From Hyphochytrium catenoides (lineage: Eukaryota; Protista; Hyphochytriomycota), in the NCBI GenBank assembly GCA_900088475.1, contig FLMG01002562.1, positions 83,398-147,397 on the forward strand: a DNA stretch of 64,000 nt, in the 5' to 3' direction. Below the pieces are notes generated by a model, which saw only the letters and a list, made by a program, of their open reading frames with translations, was not told the origin of the DNA and searched no databases. A program made the translations under genes and the position numbers. Below, piece by piece: positions 11,705 through 23,900 of the stretch. How positions within the stretch are numbered: position 1 is the first letter of the stretch; each line of letters opens with the position of its first letter.

Positions 11705-13222
11705 CAGCGGATGTGCTCGTGGTATTTTTCGGTTTCCCGACCGCTCTAACTCATAGCTGCCATAGCGAGTTGAGTTGATGTGCTGTCAATCTTTGATCAT
11801 ACGTCCACAGACAAGCTACGGTCTCTTGGGGCTTAGCGCGTTAGGCGTCAAGTGGCAGGAATTGAAAAGGCCAGCGCTTTCCCACAAGAAGCGGGGGCTG
11901 CGGCACAAGAACGGGAAGCTCCAGTTGTCGCGGATAAGTGAGACAGGTGACTGCGACGGAGATTATAGAAGTTGTATACATGTGCAGCTCAGATGCGCTA
12001 CATTCCCAACGGCACAATCCATCCTCACTAGTGTTGAATGTCTTCAGATCAAGCAACGTCCGTTACTCAGCTCAGAAACAGCCGATAGTGCATCAGAGCA
12101 TGGAGTCCTTATCGACTCAATCTACACGCAGTCGCTTCTTGCTTCTTCGGGTCTCAATGATGATCTTAGCCGGCATTTGCTCCTTCTTTCTGATAACCTA
12201 GCGCCCAGAAAGTTTTGAAGCTCAAAGAGCTCCAGGTTCCAGACGAAGATTCAACAGACTAAGTAGGCAGCCGATAACTCTCAGAGCGCGTTGCGAGGCG
12301 GGGGGTGCGGAGCCACTCACCCAGAAGGATGATAGGCCTATCTGGGGGTAGCTGGGAGAAGGGGGGAGTGTCTCCTCCACCTGTGGGGTTAGAGCGTGAC
12401 ATCTATCGACGCTTGACATCTCACCAAAGGGGAAGTTCTGATCATCCCATTTTTGTCGTTTTATTTCTTTCCAGAAGGTAACAGGTGAGCGCTATCCCAT
12501 ATCTAAAGCCTCCTGAGCTAATATATTGAGTAAACGCGATGGCCTCTCCTGACTGCTCCTGTGATAGTCGTAATATAGGACAAATGGCGGCAATGAAGAA
12601 AGGTCGTTACAGCTGTACAATGACCTTTGGGCAGTCCAAGGGGAGCGAGAATTAGTGGCGGCCACGTGGAAAGAAAGAAGAACAAGACAGAGCAGTAGAG
12701 ACTGTCGCCGGGGGAAGGGATATAGTTGAGAGCGTGCTCTGTGTCAGTTAGAGACAGAGGAAGTATAAGAAGCCCCAGGTGGTAGGGCCTGAGGGAGACA
12801 GGAAGAGATTCGACGACCGCTGGTTGCAAAGGCATCGCCGATGGATGGAAAGAGCTTGATGCGCGTCGTGGGAAAGAAGAGGGAGAGCTAGAAACAAGCG
12901 CTGCCAATCGGGCCAGGGAGCACTACCTCTTTGATTTGCCTTGTACCCGATACCTGTATATAATAGATTCAAAGGCCTTCCTACCAAAATCTAGAGTTTA
13001 TATGATATCTTACATAGCACTGAGCACTAGTAACAGGCTCTATCCTAGTCTTTTCAATCAGCCCGTCTTGGCGGAACAGCGTTTCCAAACCCGGCGCTCG
13101 TCAATCTACACTCTAAGGAACTGTATACCGCAGTAGTTCTAAGGTCCGTCCGGCGGCTTTCTGCAAAGTGCCTGTGTGCTCTCCCCCTCGCGCTCTTACA
13201 TGGATGGAGGTCCTGTCTTCGT

Positions 13223-14431
13223 TTACATTGAGGGAGCCGGATCCTTTGGACCTAAGGCAATATCGTCCTGATTCAGCCATGATAACCTCCATCGCGCAGA
13301 CTCGTCTGCCGTCTTTTTTCTTCCACCTCCCCAGATTCCGCAGGCCTCAAGCAGGAACTTGTTGAATAGAGGCGGATTGTCCAGAAAGAGCTGATGTCCG
13401 GCATTCGGCACTCTGATCACTTTCGTAGGTACTTTCAGACGGGGTGCAACCGCATCTGCATGCCTAGCGTCCATCCAGTCCGTATCGCCATAGATAAAGG
13501 TTACAGGTACTTTAAGCTCCGGGAGTCTCTCACTTAGAGGTTCTCTTGCGTAGGCAAAGGGAAGGAGAACTTTGCCTAAGCTGTACTCCCCGCTGCCCTG
13601 TGCAGCAGCATTATGATATAAATAGCTTCCCATTGCCTCGGTATCCACGTCTGGGTTCATAAAGCGGTTCTTGGCGTATCCATTGATGAACCGAGGGCCG
13701 AAAGGCCCTACCAATCTCAAGATATCTTGAGGAGAATACCCCGCTTCCCATAGATTTACGAGGCCCGAGACCATCCATCGCTGCCAGAATGGCAGACTAG
13801 TGAGCCTCCGGGTAAATGGATCATCTTCGGGCTTTCTTGGCACTCCTGCCGGACTCGCAAGGACAAGATGCTCAACATTCTCCGGATGCTTGAGTGCGTA
13901 TGCGGTGGCAAAGTAGCCGCCCAGTGAGTGACCACAAAGCACCATCTTGTCTATCTTGTTGGCTTTTCGCCATTCGTCCAGCGAGGAAGTAAACCACTCC
14001 TCAGTCTCTGATAAGGTCTTCGGGTGCCACTTAGGCCGGCTAGACCGACCCATTCCCAGCCAATCCAGCGCATAGAGATGTGTTTGGCTGCTCAGCTGCT
14101 TATAGTTCAGGTACCATCCTGCCACGCCCATTCCAAAACCATGGCAAAGCACGAGAGGCGTAGTCTTTCCTTTGTGCTGAACGCCGCCCTCTACAGTGTG
14201 AAGGTGAAGACCCTTGCCAACAGGCACATCCTTGACTTGGAGTTCTGTTCCGCTCAGCTCCAAGAGCTTTTCCTCTGCAGCAGCGAAGTGCTCCTCCTTG
14301 GAAGGAATCCACAGGTTTCTCAGCCACTTCATGCTGGCTTGTGGACCGGCTTCAAGGCAGGGGCGAAGAAGACGGAGACTCTCAGCAGACGCAGGTAAGC
14401 TGGTAGTCTTCAGTCGTCGTACGAATGACAT
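13223..14431 (-). CDS. ABHD4: Alpha/beta hydrolase of the ABHD4/ABHD5(CGI-58)/CLD1/Ict1 family, intronless
   Basis: Oxyanion HGFG, DWLGMGRSSRP, nucleophile motif GHSLG (Ser retained, unlike animal ABHD5), IYGDTDWMD, and C-terminal HX4D motif HQLFLD. First ATG at 14431. The N-terminus is Arg/Ser-rich with few acidic residues, like a mitochondrial presequence. Exact orthology among ABHD4/5/CLD1 is unresolved. Confidence 0.93.
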   Translation of the reverse strand: MSFVRRLKTTSLPASAESLRLLRPCLEAGPQASMKWLRNLWIPSKEEHFAAAEEKLLELSGTELQVKDVPVGKGLHLHTVEGGVQHKGKTTPLVLCHGFGMGVAGWYLNYKQLSSQTHLYALDWLGMGRSSRPKWHPKTLSETEEWFTSSLDEWRKANKIDKMVLCGHSLGGYFATAYALKHPENVEHLVLASPAGVPRKPEDDPFTRRLTSLPFWQRWMVSGLVNLWEAGYSPQDILRLVGPFGPRFINGYAKNRFMNPDVDTEAMGSYLYHNAAAQGSGEYSLGKVLLPFAYAREPLSERLPELKVPVTFIYGDTDWMDARHADAVAPRLKVPTKVIRVPNAGHQLFLDNPPLFNKFLLEACGIWGGGRKKTADESARWRLSWLNQDDIALGPKDPAPSM

Positions 14432-15498
14432 ATGAGGTAGCTCCACAAGTCGGCAGATTGCAGAATGAAGAGAAAGCCCTTCCAGATTTTTTTGAGACCA
14501 ACCCCAAAGAGCAGATCACCAGAACACGACACCCACTAAAGGACCGAGAGGTTGTAACGTGGCAAGCAGTCACCGCGATGCGAAGCGAACAGAAGGAGGA
14601 GCAGAGGACTTGTCACTGTGAAGCTTTATGCGGGGTGTTCGTACAAAGTATTGGGACCGTGCTGCGGGCAGCTTCAGAGCTGATCAGCTGTGAGCTGTGA
14701 GGAACTTGACCAAGCCCAAGGGCCAAGGAAGGTGAAGGAAAACACTGCCACTCCCCACAGTCCTCTCTACCGTTCGGTGGGTGTTCTGATGAGAAGCAGG
14801 GGATGGCGACATGTGCGACAGGGGACAAAGGTACAAGACAGAGCGCAGAACCATTACAGATAAAGACTAGCGCCGCTTCGGGGAGATATTCAAGAAAGTA
14901 GACTTGGACGATTGTGACAAGAAAAATGGAAACCATCACTCATCTGAAAGAAACACATGCACCTTTGCAAAGATGCATCGTGGTACACTCCAGTAAAGAC
15001 TTCTCTACGAGTAGGAATGAAAATATTGAAGGCTTCGTGGCAGCAAACTGAAACAAAGTTTCCAATATACCTTGATTACCGTTAGCCGTGATCTTTTGAG
15101 ATCAACGTAACGATAACTACATAAATCCGTTGTGGCAGAAGACAGTGAAGCGGTGCCGCGAATGGCGATCATCATTCTGTCCTGCCGACTCTGATGAAGC
15201 GCTGGAAGGAAGGCGCTGCCCTTGCTGATGATGGAGATAATAAGGACCATGGCTGTTGATGGCAGACAAGTGCCATCCTCACTTGGCAGTGCAGAGGGTT
15301 GCTATGTCAGTCGCCTCCATGGACACTCTCTCTCTGTGGGCTTCAAGGCACCAAGACTTTCAGTCAGGTCTATTCTATTATTGCTAAACCTGGCAACGCT
15401 ACGGGTAGTGCAAGGTTACGCTGTCAAGCACTTCGCGACTAAGCGACGCCAACTTCACACTGCGTGGATGCTGTGACACAGTCACTGCTACGTTGGCA

Positions 15499-17472
15499 AT
15501 GGACCTTGTTCGCATCTTGGAGCAGTTCAAACAAGAACTCGAGTACGTTAATGGCGAAAATGAAGGGAAATTGAAGCAGGTAGACACGTATATATGCAGA
15601 GCTCGTCTGGCCTCTTCGTCTCTGATTGTATAACCAGGCAATTCTTGAGGGTGACTAACTTTCAGGCGTTCCGCAGATCTACGACTTCTTTGATGTGGAC
15701 AATGATGGATTGCTACGGCCCCCGGAGGCGATCCGCCTCCTGCACGTTGTAAGTGTTTGCTACATCAACGTGGGTCCGTTATCGTCAGCTTCTCTCCTCG
15801 TTTTGTCTCTAAGTCTATAATGCCAAAGAATGCATTTTTCACCAGTTAAGGTCTCTGGTCCAACTCCCTCTCCGTCGTCTTGTCCCTCCAACTCCCGTCT
15901 CCGTCGTCTTGTCCCTCCTTATCTTAGCTATGCCCTTGCTGATGATGCCATCCTCCTTGGCAGTCGCATGCTTCTCTCTCTCTCTTCTCTCTTCGTTGCT
16001 TTGCCCATCTCCTCGATTCTTCTTGCCATGCAATGATAGACAGCTCCTTATTTTGTCCCCTTTGCTCTAGCTAGGATGTGACGTGGACATTAGCTGTCTT
16101 CAAGGCTTGCCCATAGTAGAATATACAGGTCTCGCCCTAGCCACGACCGGGCCTCCCAGTCTTTCCTTGACGCTTTCTCACCCTTCACTTATAACCATCT
16201 CTACCTTCTCCTACAATGCACTCTTGTCCTTTCAACTCTTACACGTTCGTCTTAGTCACCTTAGTCATTCAAGTCAACTCAACTTTGCTCAGCTCTTACA
16301 CAGCCGTCCTTAGTCCTTCGTAGTGTTTTCGCCAAGTATCTGTCGACTGTTAGGGAGGAAGATGGGTCGCCCGCTTTTCAAGGAGCCGTCCAGAGTGCAG
16401 ACGAGAACCGCTCCGTAACCCCCACCTCTTCCGCCAGTAGCGCGGTACCGCGCTTGTCCTTAACAGCTCAAATGGGTCACGCACCTGTGCCTCTAGACAT
16501 TGTACGACAGGGCTTGCTGCCCTTCGTCGCGCACACTCGCTTTTCTCCTCGTTTAGACTGTATCTTACTACTGTCTTGCCCCAGCTCCGGTGACAATTTG
16601 AGCTCTGGATAGCTAACCTCTTGCTGTTCTCTATCTCTCGCTATGCTGTTCACCTATATCCCTGCTTGGCTCACTGTTTGACCTCTATTCTTCGCTACTT
16701 TCCTATCCTTTCTGCTCTCATCGGTCTTTGATATCTTTCACCCCTTTATTCATCTATCGAGGCTTCCTTCTTCCTTGCATTTCATCTTTATACTATCATG
16801 CCAAGCTCCTCCTCTTCGCAGCACCGCTAGGTGACTCCATATACCTCCGCTTTTGCTGTCAAGTGACTCTGACAAAACTCATCGCATGCTGTTTTGGCGC
16901 AGATAATGAACTTACTGGACAGACAGAGAAAAGGGTCTACAGATGTCAATCATTTAAGAGGCTTTCTTCATAGTGCTGGCGTGGACATTTCTCCCGATAT
17001 CTTTAGATGGATGGCCGAAAGCCTCTCTCAGAGGTAAGCTCAAAGACACTGTTGGAAGAGGAGGAGGTACCGCAGGAGACTCTATTGGAAGGTTCCGCAT
17101 ATACCGCAAAGATATTCGCTGACTTTCTAACATTGGGCCCTCCTATATCCTTCCTCTAACATCATGTAGCGACCAGGAAGGTGCGCCTGGCGAGGATAAG
17201 GAAGGAGAGCCATTAAACAATGGATTAATTACCAAGGCCAGTCTCGGGCGTTTCATCAAGCGCTTCGGAAGGCCTCACAAGAACGAGGATGGGCAGAAGA
17301 ACGGCAGTGAGTCCGGAGCGCCTGAGATCTCAAGTTAAGGTTCTACGGCATATAACCGCTAGTGCTCCTTGCTTTCTCGCTCCTCTATTCGGCCTACCGT
17401 GCCTAGATAGTTGGCCAGACCATTTCGCAACTCGTCTCTCTTTGTTTGTCTGCCGCAGGAAGCCGTATCTAG
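15499..17472 (+). CDS. Small calmodulin/centrin-like EF-hand protein (multi-exon; internal splice sites partly uncertain)
   Basis: Exons MDLVRILEQF..KLKQ | IYDFFDVDNDGLLRPPEAIRLLHV (canonical EF loop) | LGCDVD.. | ..VFAKYL.. | IMNLLDRQRKGSTDVNHLRGFLHSAGVDISPDIFRWMAESL (degenerate EF hand) | ..NNGLITKASLGRFI.. | RSRI*. Not represented as one ORF in the ORF track. Confidence 0.7.
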
Positions 17473-18742
17473 AGTCTCACTGGCTCGTCCGCAGCCAAAT
17501 ACCTGCTCCTCAGCTTCACCCTTGACTGAGCAGTCGCTGTGAAGCCTGACATTGTCTTAGTTTGTCCTTTCCTGGTCAGGCTTGACTTGTACGTACATTT
17601 CTTGCATTCACGCTGCTGAAGGCTGCTGCCGATCTCATAGGAAATTAGACAAGTCATCGTACTATTTCTAATGCCATCCATTCATTTGCTATCCTTCTTA
17701 GTTTCTTAGAGTGTTGGAGTCAGACGACTGCTCCAAAGTTGCCTCCAGCAGCTATTGGCTGAGAGGAGCAGTTACCAGTCATTCATGGCCCTTAACCAAG
17801 TACTAAGCTAGCGCTGCTGTTAACTCAAAAGAGGGCTCTGTCGGCTGATGTCTCTAAACGGCAGAGCCACAACCTGCTAGTAGTAGAGTACTAGCGCTGA
17901 CAGCATATCAAAGAAGCAAAATCCTTTGCTCTACTCCTTTCAGACCGCGCCGGAGATTGGTCCTCACCTGGCTCCCTCAGCTGGCTGCTCCAACTAGTGA
18001 CCGGTCTTGGACTGCTAAATGAGGTTGACACAAGTGCGACTTCACCTTTAGCTCTTCAAGGTCACGCTTCTTCTTCTCTAGCGAGATCAGTCGCCTGCTT
18101 GGTCTACTGATGGCTACTGATCAATGTACATGTTGGGCAGACTCAGAGGATTTGCACATGCAGCGAAAGGTAGTATTGAAGGTCAAGAATGACATGGAGA
18201 AAGGCTGACAAACTTCCACGATATTTCACTCCAAGCAACAGACAAGATTCACCGGCCCTCTCCTTGCAGTCGACGGAAAGACACTCTTCCTCTCTCCATC
18301 GACCTCCTCCCTTCTTTGCTCTCATTGCCCTGAACTTCACCTGAACAGACCTACAGGGGTCCTTGTCCGCCCTCTAATCATTGATAGGCAGTCCTCCTCA
18401 CTCTTCAATAACTTGGCATTGCCAGGTGCTAGTGAACAAGGACCGGACGACGACGAAGATCCAGGAACAGACAGAACCCTCTCTCAACCATTTCTCTGCT
18501 CAAATGAGCGAGTATGTCTCGCCACCGGGATGACGACGGAGAAACCTTCTCGTGCTACCACGATGGCGATAGGGCAAACTGCCGTCAGTGCTGGGTAGGT
18601 TCAGGCTCAAAGAGATATAAATCTTGGTCAATAAATATATGATGATAAGCTAAATAAGCTGGGCCCATCGTCGACAGACTTATGCGACCAAGTGTTCACG
18701 CCCTCAGATTCTCTGCGGATTATTCCTGGAGAAGAGGGAACG

Positions 18743-19072
18743 CTAACATCTTGGCAATTGGAGGCCATGGACGCATTTGCCCTCCTTACTACACTTGATA
18801 TACTTGTTGTTCACTTCATCACCATCATAAGGGTCAGGGCACAGTCCGGTAACGTTTTTGGCAGAGCAGTAGGCGCTAGCACCTGGCTGACTCTGACAGG
18901 CGTACATCGGTTTTGCACCTTTGAATTGGAATTCAAATGCTTGGTAGCCATGCTCGCACTCGGTCTTGGCCTCATCCTTAGAGGAGAACTTCACCCCTGC
19001 GCAGGCGGAGGTGAGAGCTGGAGCAGCTGCAAGGGCAGCAAGGAAGAGAGCGGCGCAGTGAATCATCTTCAT
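18743..19072 (-). CDS. Small secreted cysteine-rich protein, 109 aa, intronless
   Basis: ATG start, signal peptide MKMIHCAALFLAALAAAPALTSA, 8 Cys in the mature part, ending in Cys then TAG. Confidence 0.8.
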   Translation of the reverse strand: MKMIHCAALFLAALAAAPALTSACAGVKFSSKDEAKTECEHGYQAFEFQFKGAKPMYACQSQPGASAYCSAKNVTGLCPDPYDGDEVNNKYIKCSKEGKCVHGLQLPRC

Positions 19073-20018
19073 GTTTGTCGATGTTGTTCTGGGGATTCTG
19101 TGTAGAGTTTGCAGTCCGGGCTTTTTGATCTTGGCTTTGAAGTGGCTGTCGGATCCTTGCGCTATGACTGGAAAATCTGTGAATGACCGATGGACGGTGA
19201 GAAGAGTGCCATTACCTGGCGAGAGGAGTGCTTTTCCACCAGACGCTACTCCTGCTCTGGACAGTAGTCACAGAACCAGAATCTCAACCCGGAAAGAAGA
19301 AAGCAGAACCGGAAAGCAGGATCATCAACCACCACTCAATGTTAAAGAGGTATAGCAAGAAGCGGTGCCACACCATCTCGCTCCTCCCTCACTTCGCCCG
19401 CTTTCCTTTCTGACCAGTTTTCTTCACTGAAGGTATCCATAGCTACGGAAGGGAGGGACTTCTATTCTGCGCTCATCATAGAGTAAGAGGTCCTTTATCT
19501 CTGCGTTCAGATGATGTTGGAGAATGTCTCTGTACTTTTTTGTTTATTTTTCATTTTTTCCTCCATCTCGCTCTCTCTCTGCCTCTTCTCTCTTTCCCCC
19601 CCCCCCTTTCTCTCTCACTCTCTCTCTCCGATCGCGTTTCTTTCATCCCTTATAAAAAAATCATGTTCAGACGCTTCGATTCCTCTTTTCTTCTCCGCGC
19701 TCTTTTTCGTCATTATGATCATCACTTCTTAGTCGTAGAGCTACTCTCTCTTCTAATACTCGACTCCTTTCTCCCTCCTCCTCGTCCAGCTGATTCTCAT
19801 GCAGAAGCTCATGCAGAGGTCCTATACTCTGGTGAACAGTCCCTTTATTGCCTGTATATTACCTCCTCCTCTTGGTACTGAACTGAACCTTTCGAAGACG
19901 GAGAAGCTCCTCGTCCCTGAGCTCCGCGCGTCAGAACCTTCCGTATGTCGCATTCGTTTCCTGTTCTTTCTTGAGTATGCTCTGGCTCTATTCTTATCCG
20001 TTCCTGCTTTATAATAGC

Positions 20019-20044
20019 TAGGGTTAGGGTTAGGGTTAGGGTTA
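20019..20044 (+). repeat. Interstitial telomeric repeat (TTAGGG), about 4 copies
   Basis: TAGGG-TTAGGG-TTAGGG-TTAGGG-TTA seen directly. Confidence 0.9.
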
Positions 20045-20997
20045 CTGTACAGTACGGTTATATATGATAAAGTACAGTAGTAGGGTTGCAAAACGGCTGT
20101 ACTGTAATCGTAGTATACTAGCGATAGATTCTAGATATCAAGGCGCTCTTTGTCCGGATCGAGAATATAGAAGATGGTTTTAGCGATTACTCGCTCACTG
20201 TACAGAACAGTACAGACCAGCGAAGGAAAGTGGGCAAGTGCGGCACTGCCACTCTGCGGCAAAACAGTAGTGGGAAGGTAGTGGCGGCTGGAGAGTTGGG
20301 CACGTCCAAGAGACGCTGCGACGACGATGCAGTTCAGGATCTAGAAGAGCTAGTTGCCGCCTCGACCTGGGGATAGAACTATTCTGTTACCTGGACTGGC
20401 GAATAGTCATTAGAAGGCTTTGTGTCCTGTCATCTTCCTGCGTTCGCTCTCCGTAGATCCTGAAATAAATAGCAGTCTTTGAAGAGAAGGGGTAACACAT
20501 CGCGAAACATTGTCAGGGAAGATTAGTGAGCTTACCGTGACAGCCGACTGCGCTGAGTGGCTGAGCCGCAAGAGATCACCGTAGTTTACCTTCCCCATCC
20601 CCGTCCTCTACAGCCATTGGACTTCCCTGCGCGTGGTATTCGCTTTTAGCCCCGGCATGCAGCACTCTTGCTCTCTCTCTCTCCCTCTCACTCCCTATTC
20701 TCTCGTTGCTCTTCTCTCTCTTGGTGTACGTTTGAGCCTAGTTCTCTTGGTGTACGTTTGATTGTACTATGTCTTTTCACCGGCCGTTCGCAAGTCGCAA
20801 TCAGTCTTGCAGCACTTGGTTGACACCTCTATGCTTCTAGACAGTTCATCACAGTCCATCCCGAGCAAGTAAATTTAGGAGACCCTCTCGGGGAAAGCTG
20901 ATTATGTGGCTTATCATAGAAAGCGGGCCCAAGTATTAGAAACCTCTCGATCTTATAAACGATGTAACAAACTAAGTGCTGCCACGCCATCTAGTCA

Positions 20998-23900
20998 TTA
21001 GGCGCTAAAAATGCTCCTGATGTCTTGCAGTCTTCTCTCAACCATGTTCCTTTCATTGGCACCCTTGATACCCTGAAATGCCTGGTCTATCAGCTCCTTC
21101 TTCTCCTTCTGGATCTCGAGAACCCTTTCTTCCACAGTTTCTTTCACCACGAAGCGGAAGACGTTGACAGCCTTCGTCTGTCCCAGCCTGTACACTCGGT
21201 CTATGGCCTGAGTCTCTGTTTCAAGGTGAAAGAAGCAGGTCCGCATAAGAGCAGAACCAGGGAGACGAAGAAAGCTGAAAGGTTTGGGGCAAAGTGCGAG
21301 CAACATAGGAGTTGTGACAAGTGCATATCCTGGAGGTTGCAGAGCGGACGGCTGCTTAGACATAGAGGCATGAGGTTGGAAGAGTAACATGAAGGAGAAT
21401 TTAGCAAGTCAATAAGGACGAAGAAACCACGAAGAGCAACGAGGATAGCATCGGTAGCATACGAGTGCTAGTTGCAGCATCTTTCTGGGAGGCGTACCAA
21501 TGGCCGTGTTCCACCAAGGATCCATGAGAAAGACTTGAGATGCTTGAGTGAGGTTCAGACCCAACGACCCACTGCAGGGCAATCGTGGAGAGTATAAGAC
21601 TGATTAGATTGACATCGCGACTATGCAACAGAACGAGAGATTCGTTAATGAATAACATCTAGTACCATTTGAGGGACATAAGGAGGACAGGGTAAGCAAG
21701 ACTGTCATCTTCGCCGTCTTCCTTTTTGAAGAGCTCCAGGCATTCATCCTTCGCCTTTCTCTGCATCTTTCCATCATATCGCAAGAACCGGATCCCGTTC
21801 TCTCGCAGCTGCGGCTCTATAAGGTCCAACATTGAAGTCCACTGGCTAAAAACAATCGACTGAGAAGAAAGAGATGAGAAGGGCCAAGTTAATGGAGCCG
21901 AAAGGGCATAAGATTTGCGTGAGAAGACAGAAAAAGGTGCAATCCTGGGAATGCTGCTTGGGCGTAGGTCGTGAGACGCATCGCTGGATGAAGAGCAGTT
22001 GAGACAAGGAAGTAGGGCAAGCTGGGAACCTCGTACCCTAATACCCTTCGGTGTGACTTTTAGAAACTGAATAAGGGCATTTATCTTGGAGCTTGAAGGA
22101 AGGGCACCAGTGTCGTCAGTTTGCTCTTTAGCCTCACTTTCCTCTTGCTCTGGAGGAAGAGAAACCAGATTCTGCGGATGGCATCATAGAGATGAGCATC
22201 AAGAGACGTTCGGAGGTAGAGAGGTGCAAGCCTGAAGATAGGAATGGAAGTATTATGCAGCCCGTGAACAAAGACCAAGGCTAGACAAGGAGCGGCCGTG
22301 TGGTCAGGCTGGAGTCAGTGCGCCGTTTACCTGTCTTTGTATTTTGGCTCGACAGAGAGGACAGCTAGCCTGAGTTTCTATCACCTTCAATATGCAAGGC
22401 TGCGGGAATAACCAAGCGAACGGACATGCTGATGATTAGCCGACCATTGACGCACTTCTTAGGGCCAGAATAGGGCCGGAAGCCTGTCATTACCTCGCAG
22501 AAGACGTGTCGGCAAACTGTAATCACGCTGCAGAGCCACACCGATCCCCGGAGTGAAGAGTGCCCACAGGTAAAGCATTAGCGTCACAGATGCGAACATT
22601 GGAGCCCAAGACAAGGTCTGAGTAATAGGGGAGTGGCTCGAGAGAGGGCTAACGCGTAGAAGTAAGGCAAAAACGCCCATTACCATGCCAGGAGTTCTCT
22701 GTCCCAAACAGAAGTAATCGGAATTCAAGGAGCAAGGCCAAAAGTCCTTACAGAATGGACCTCCTTCCCCGTCAACACTTTACCTGTCCTTAAGTGTGTC
22801 GAGACAAATGGGACACTCCTCGCCTTCTCCAGCAACGTCTCTTAGTATATCCATCAGCATATTTCTGTCTTCCTCTGTCAGCGACGATGGCATTACTGCG
22901 TCTCCTTTCTTTGAGAGGGACTCCAAAAAGTGCTGTGGACAAAGGGAAGTGTGGTCACAAATCTGTCGCAACCTCATCAGGATCTGGAGAATGTGGGTGT
23001 AGTTCTTCATCTGTGGATATTGGGGAGGTTGTTAGAGCGTGGCCAGAGCGATGAGGACAAGTCAGAACAAAGACAAAGGATGTACAGTCTTCTGGAAGGT
23101 TTTTGGCTCCGGGAAAGGAGGCGGCAACAAGATAAGTGGAAGGAACGTGAGAAGACACAAATGGAAGATGGGCCTGTATTTCCCACGTGGACAAGGTACG
23201 ACGCTGACGTATAGAGTGTCAGTGCATACAAGAGTAAGAGAGGATTGGACATGTAATGCAAAAGCGCAGCCCCGACTCACCGCAGTTCCCTCTTGAAGAT
23301 AGTTCTCAACGACTCTCTTACTCTCTTTCTCCACTTTAGCGTAAAGAGCTCGCTCCTCAGGGGTGAAGTCCAGCTTGTGCAGATACACGGTGCACTTAGG
23401 GAGTTTGATGATAGGTTTCCCATTGATCTTCATGGCTAAATAAAGATAGTGGTTAGAGGAAAAGCTGGCACTCGAAGGGTGAAGAGCAAGAGACCAATTA
23501 GCCGTACACTTGTTTCTCCTGATGCTAATTGACTTCATCAGAGCCTTCAGGCGATCGAAGCCTTCCTGATAGCCCTTCTTAATAGGCCTGAATATAGGCA
23601 TTGCGTTGGAGCCGTTAGCCAAAGTCAACAAGAGTGAAAGGAACAAGGCCGAGATACCGTTGACATAAAGGGGACACCGAATAACTGAAGAGTTTGGCGG
23701 CATAGAGAGAGCATTATTGCACGGAGATGAAAGTGACCGACGCGCAACTTGACACGGCCTTCCTCACCTGAGAAATGATCGACTCCACCACTCATAGGAA
23801 TCAAACGGCTTAAAGCGCAAGAAGCTGAGGATGGAAAGCAAGGTAAGTTAATTAGAATCGACCAGAAAGACAAGGCGAAGACTAAAGGTGTCAAGAGGAG

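Noticed and set aside
20717-20761. 19-bp direct repeat TCTCTTGGTGTACGTTTGA twice, with a 7-nt spacer
   Set aside because: Only two copies and a tiny spacer; a local duplication, not a CRISPR or other array.
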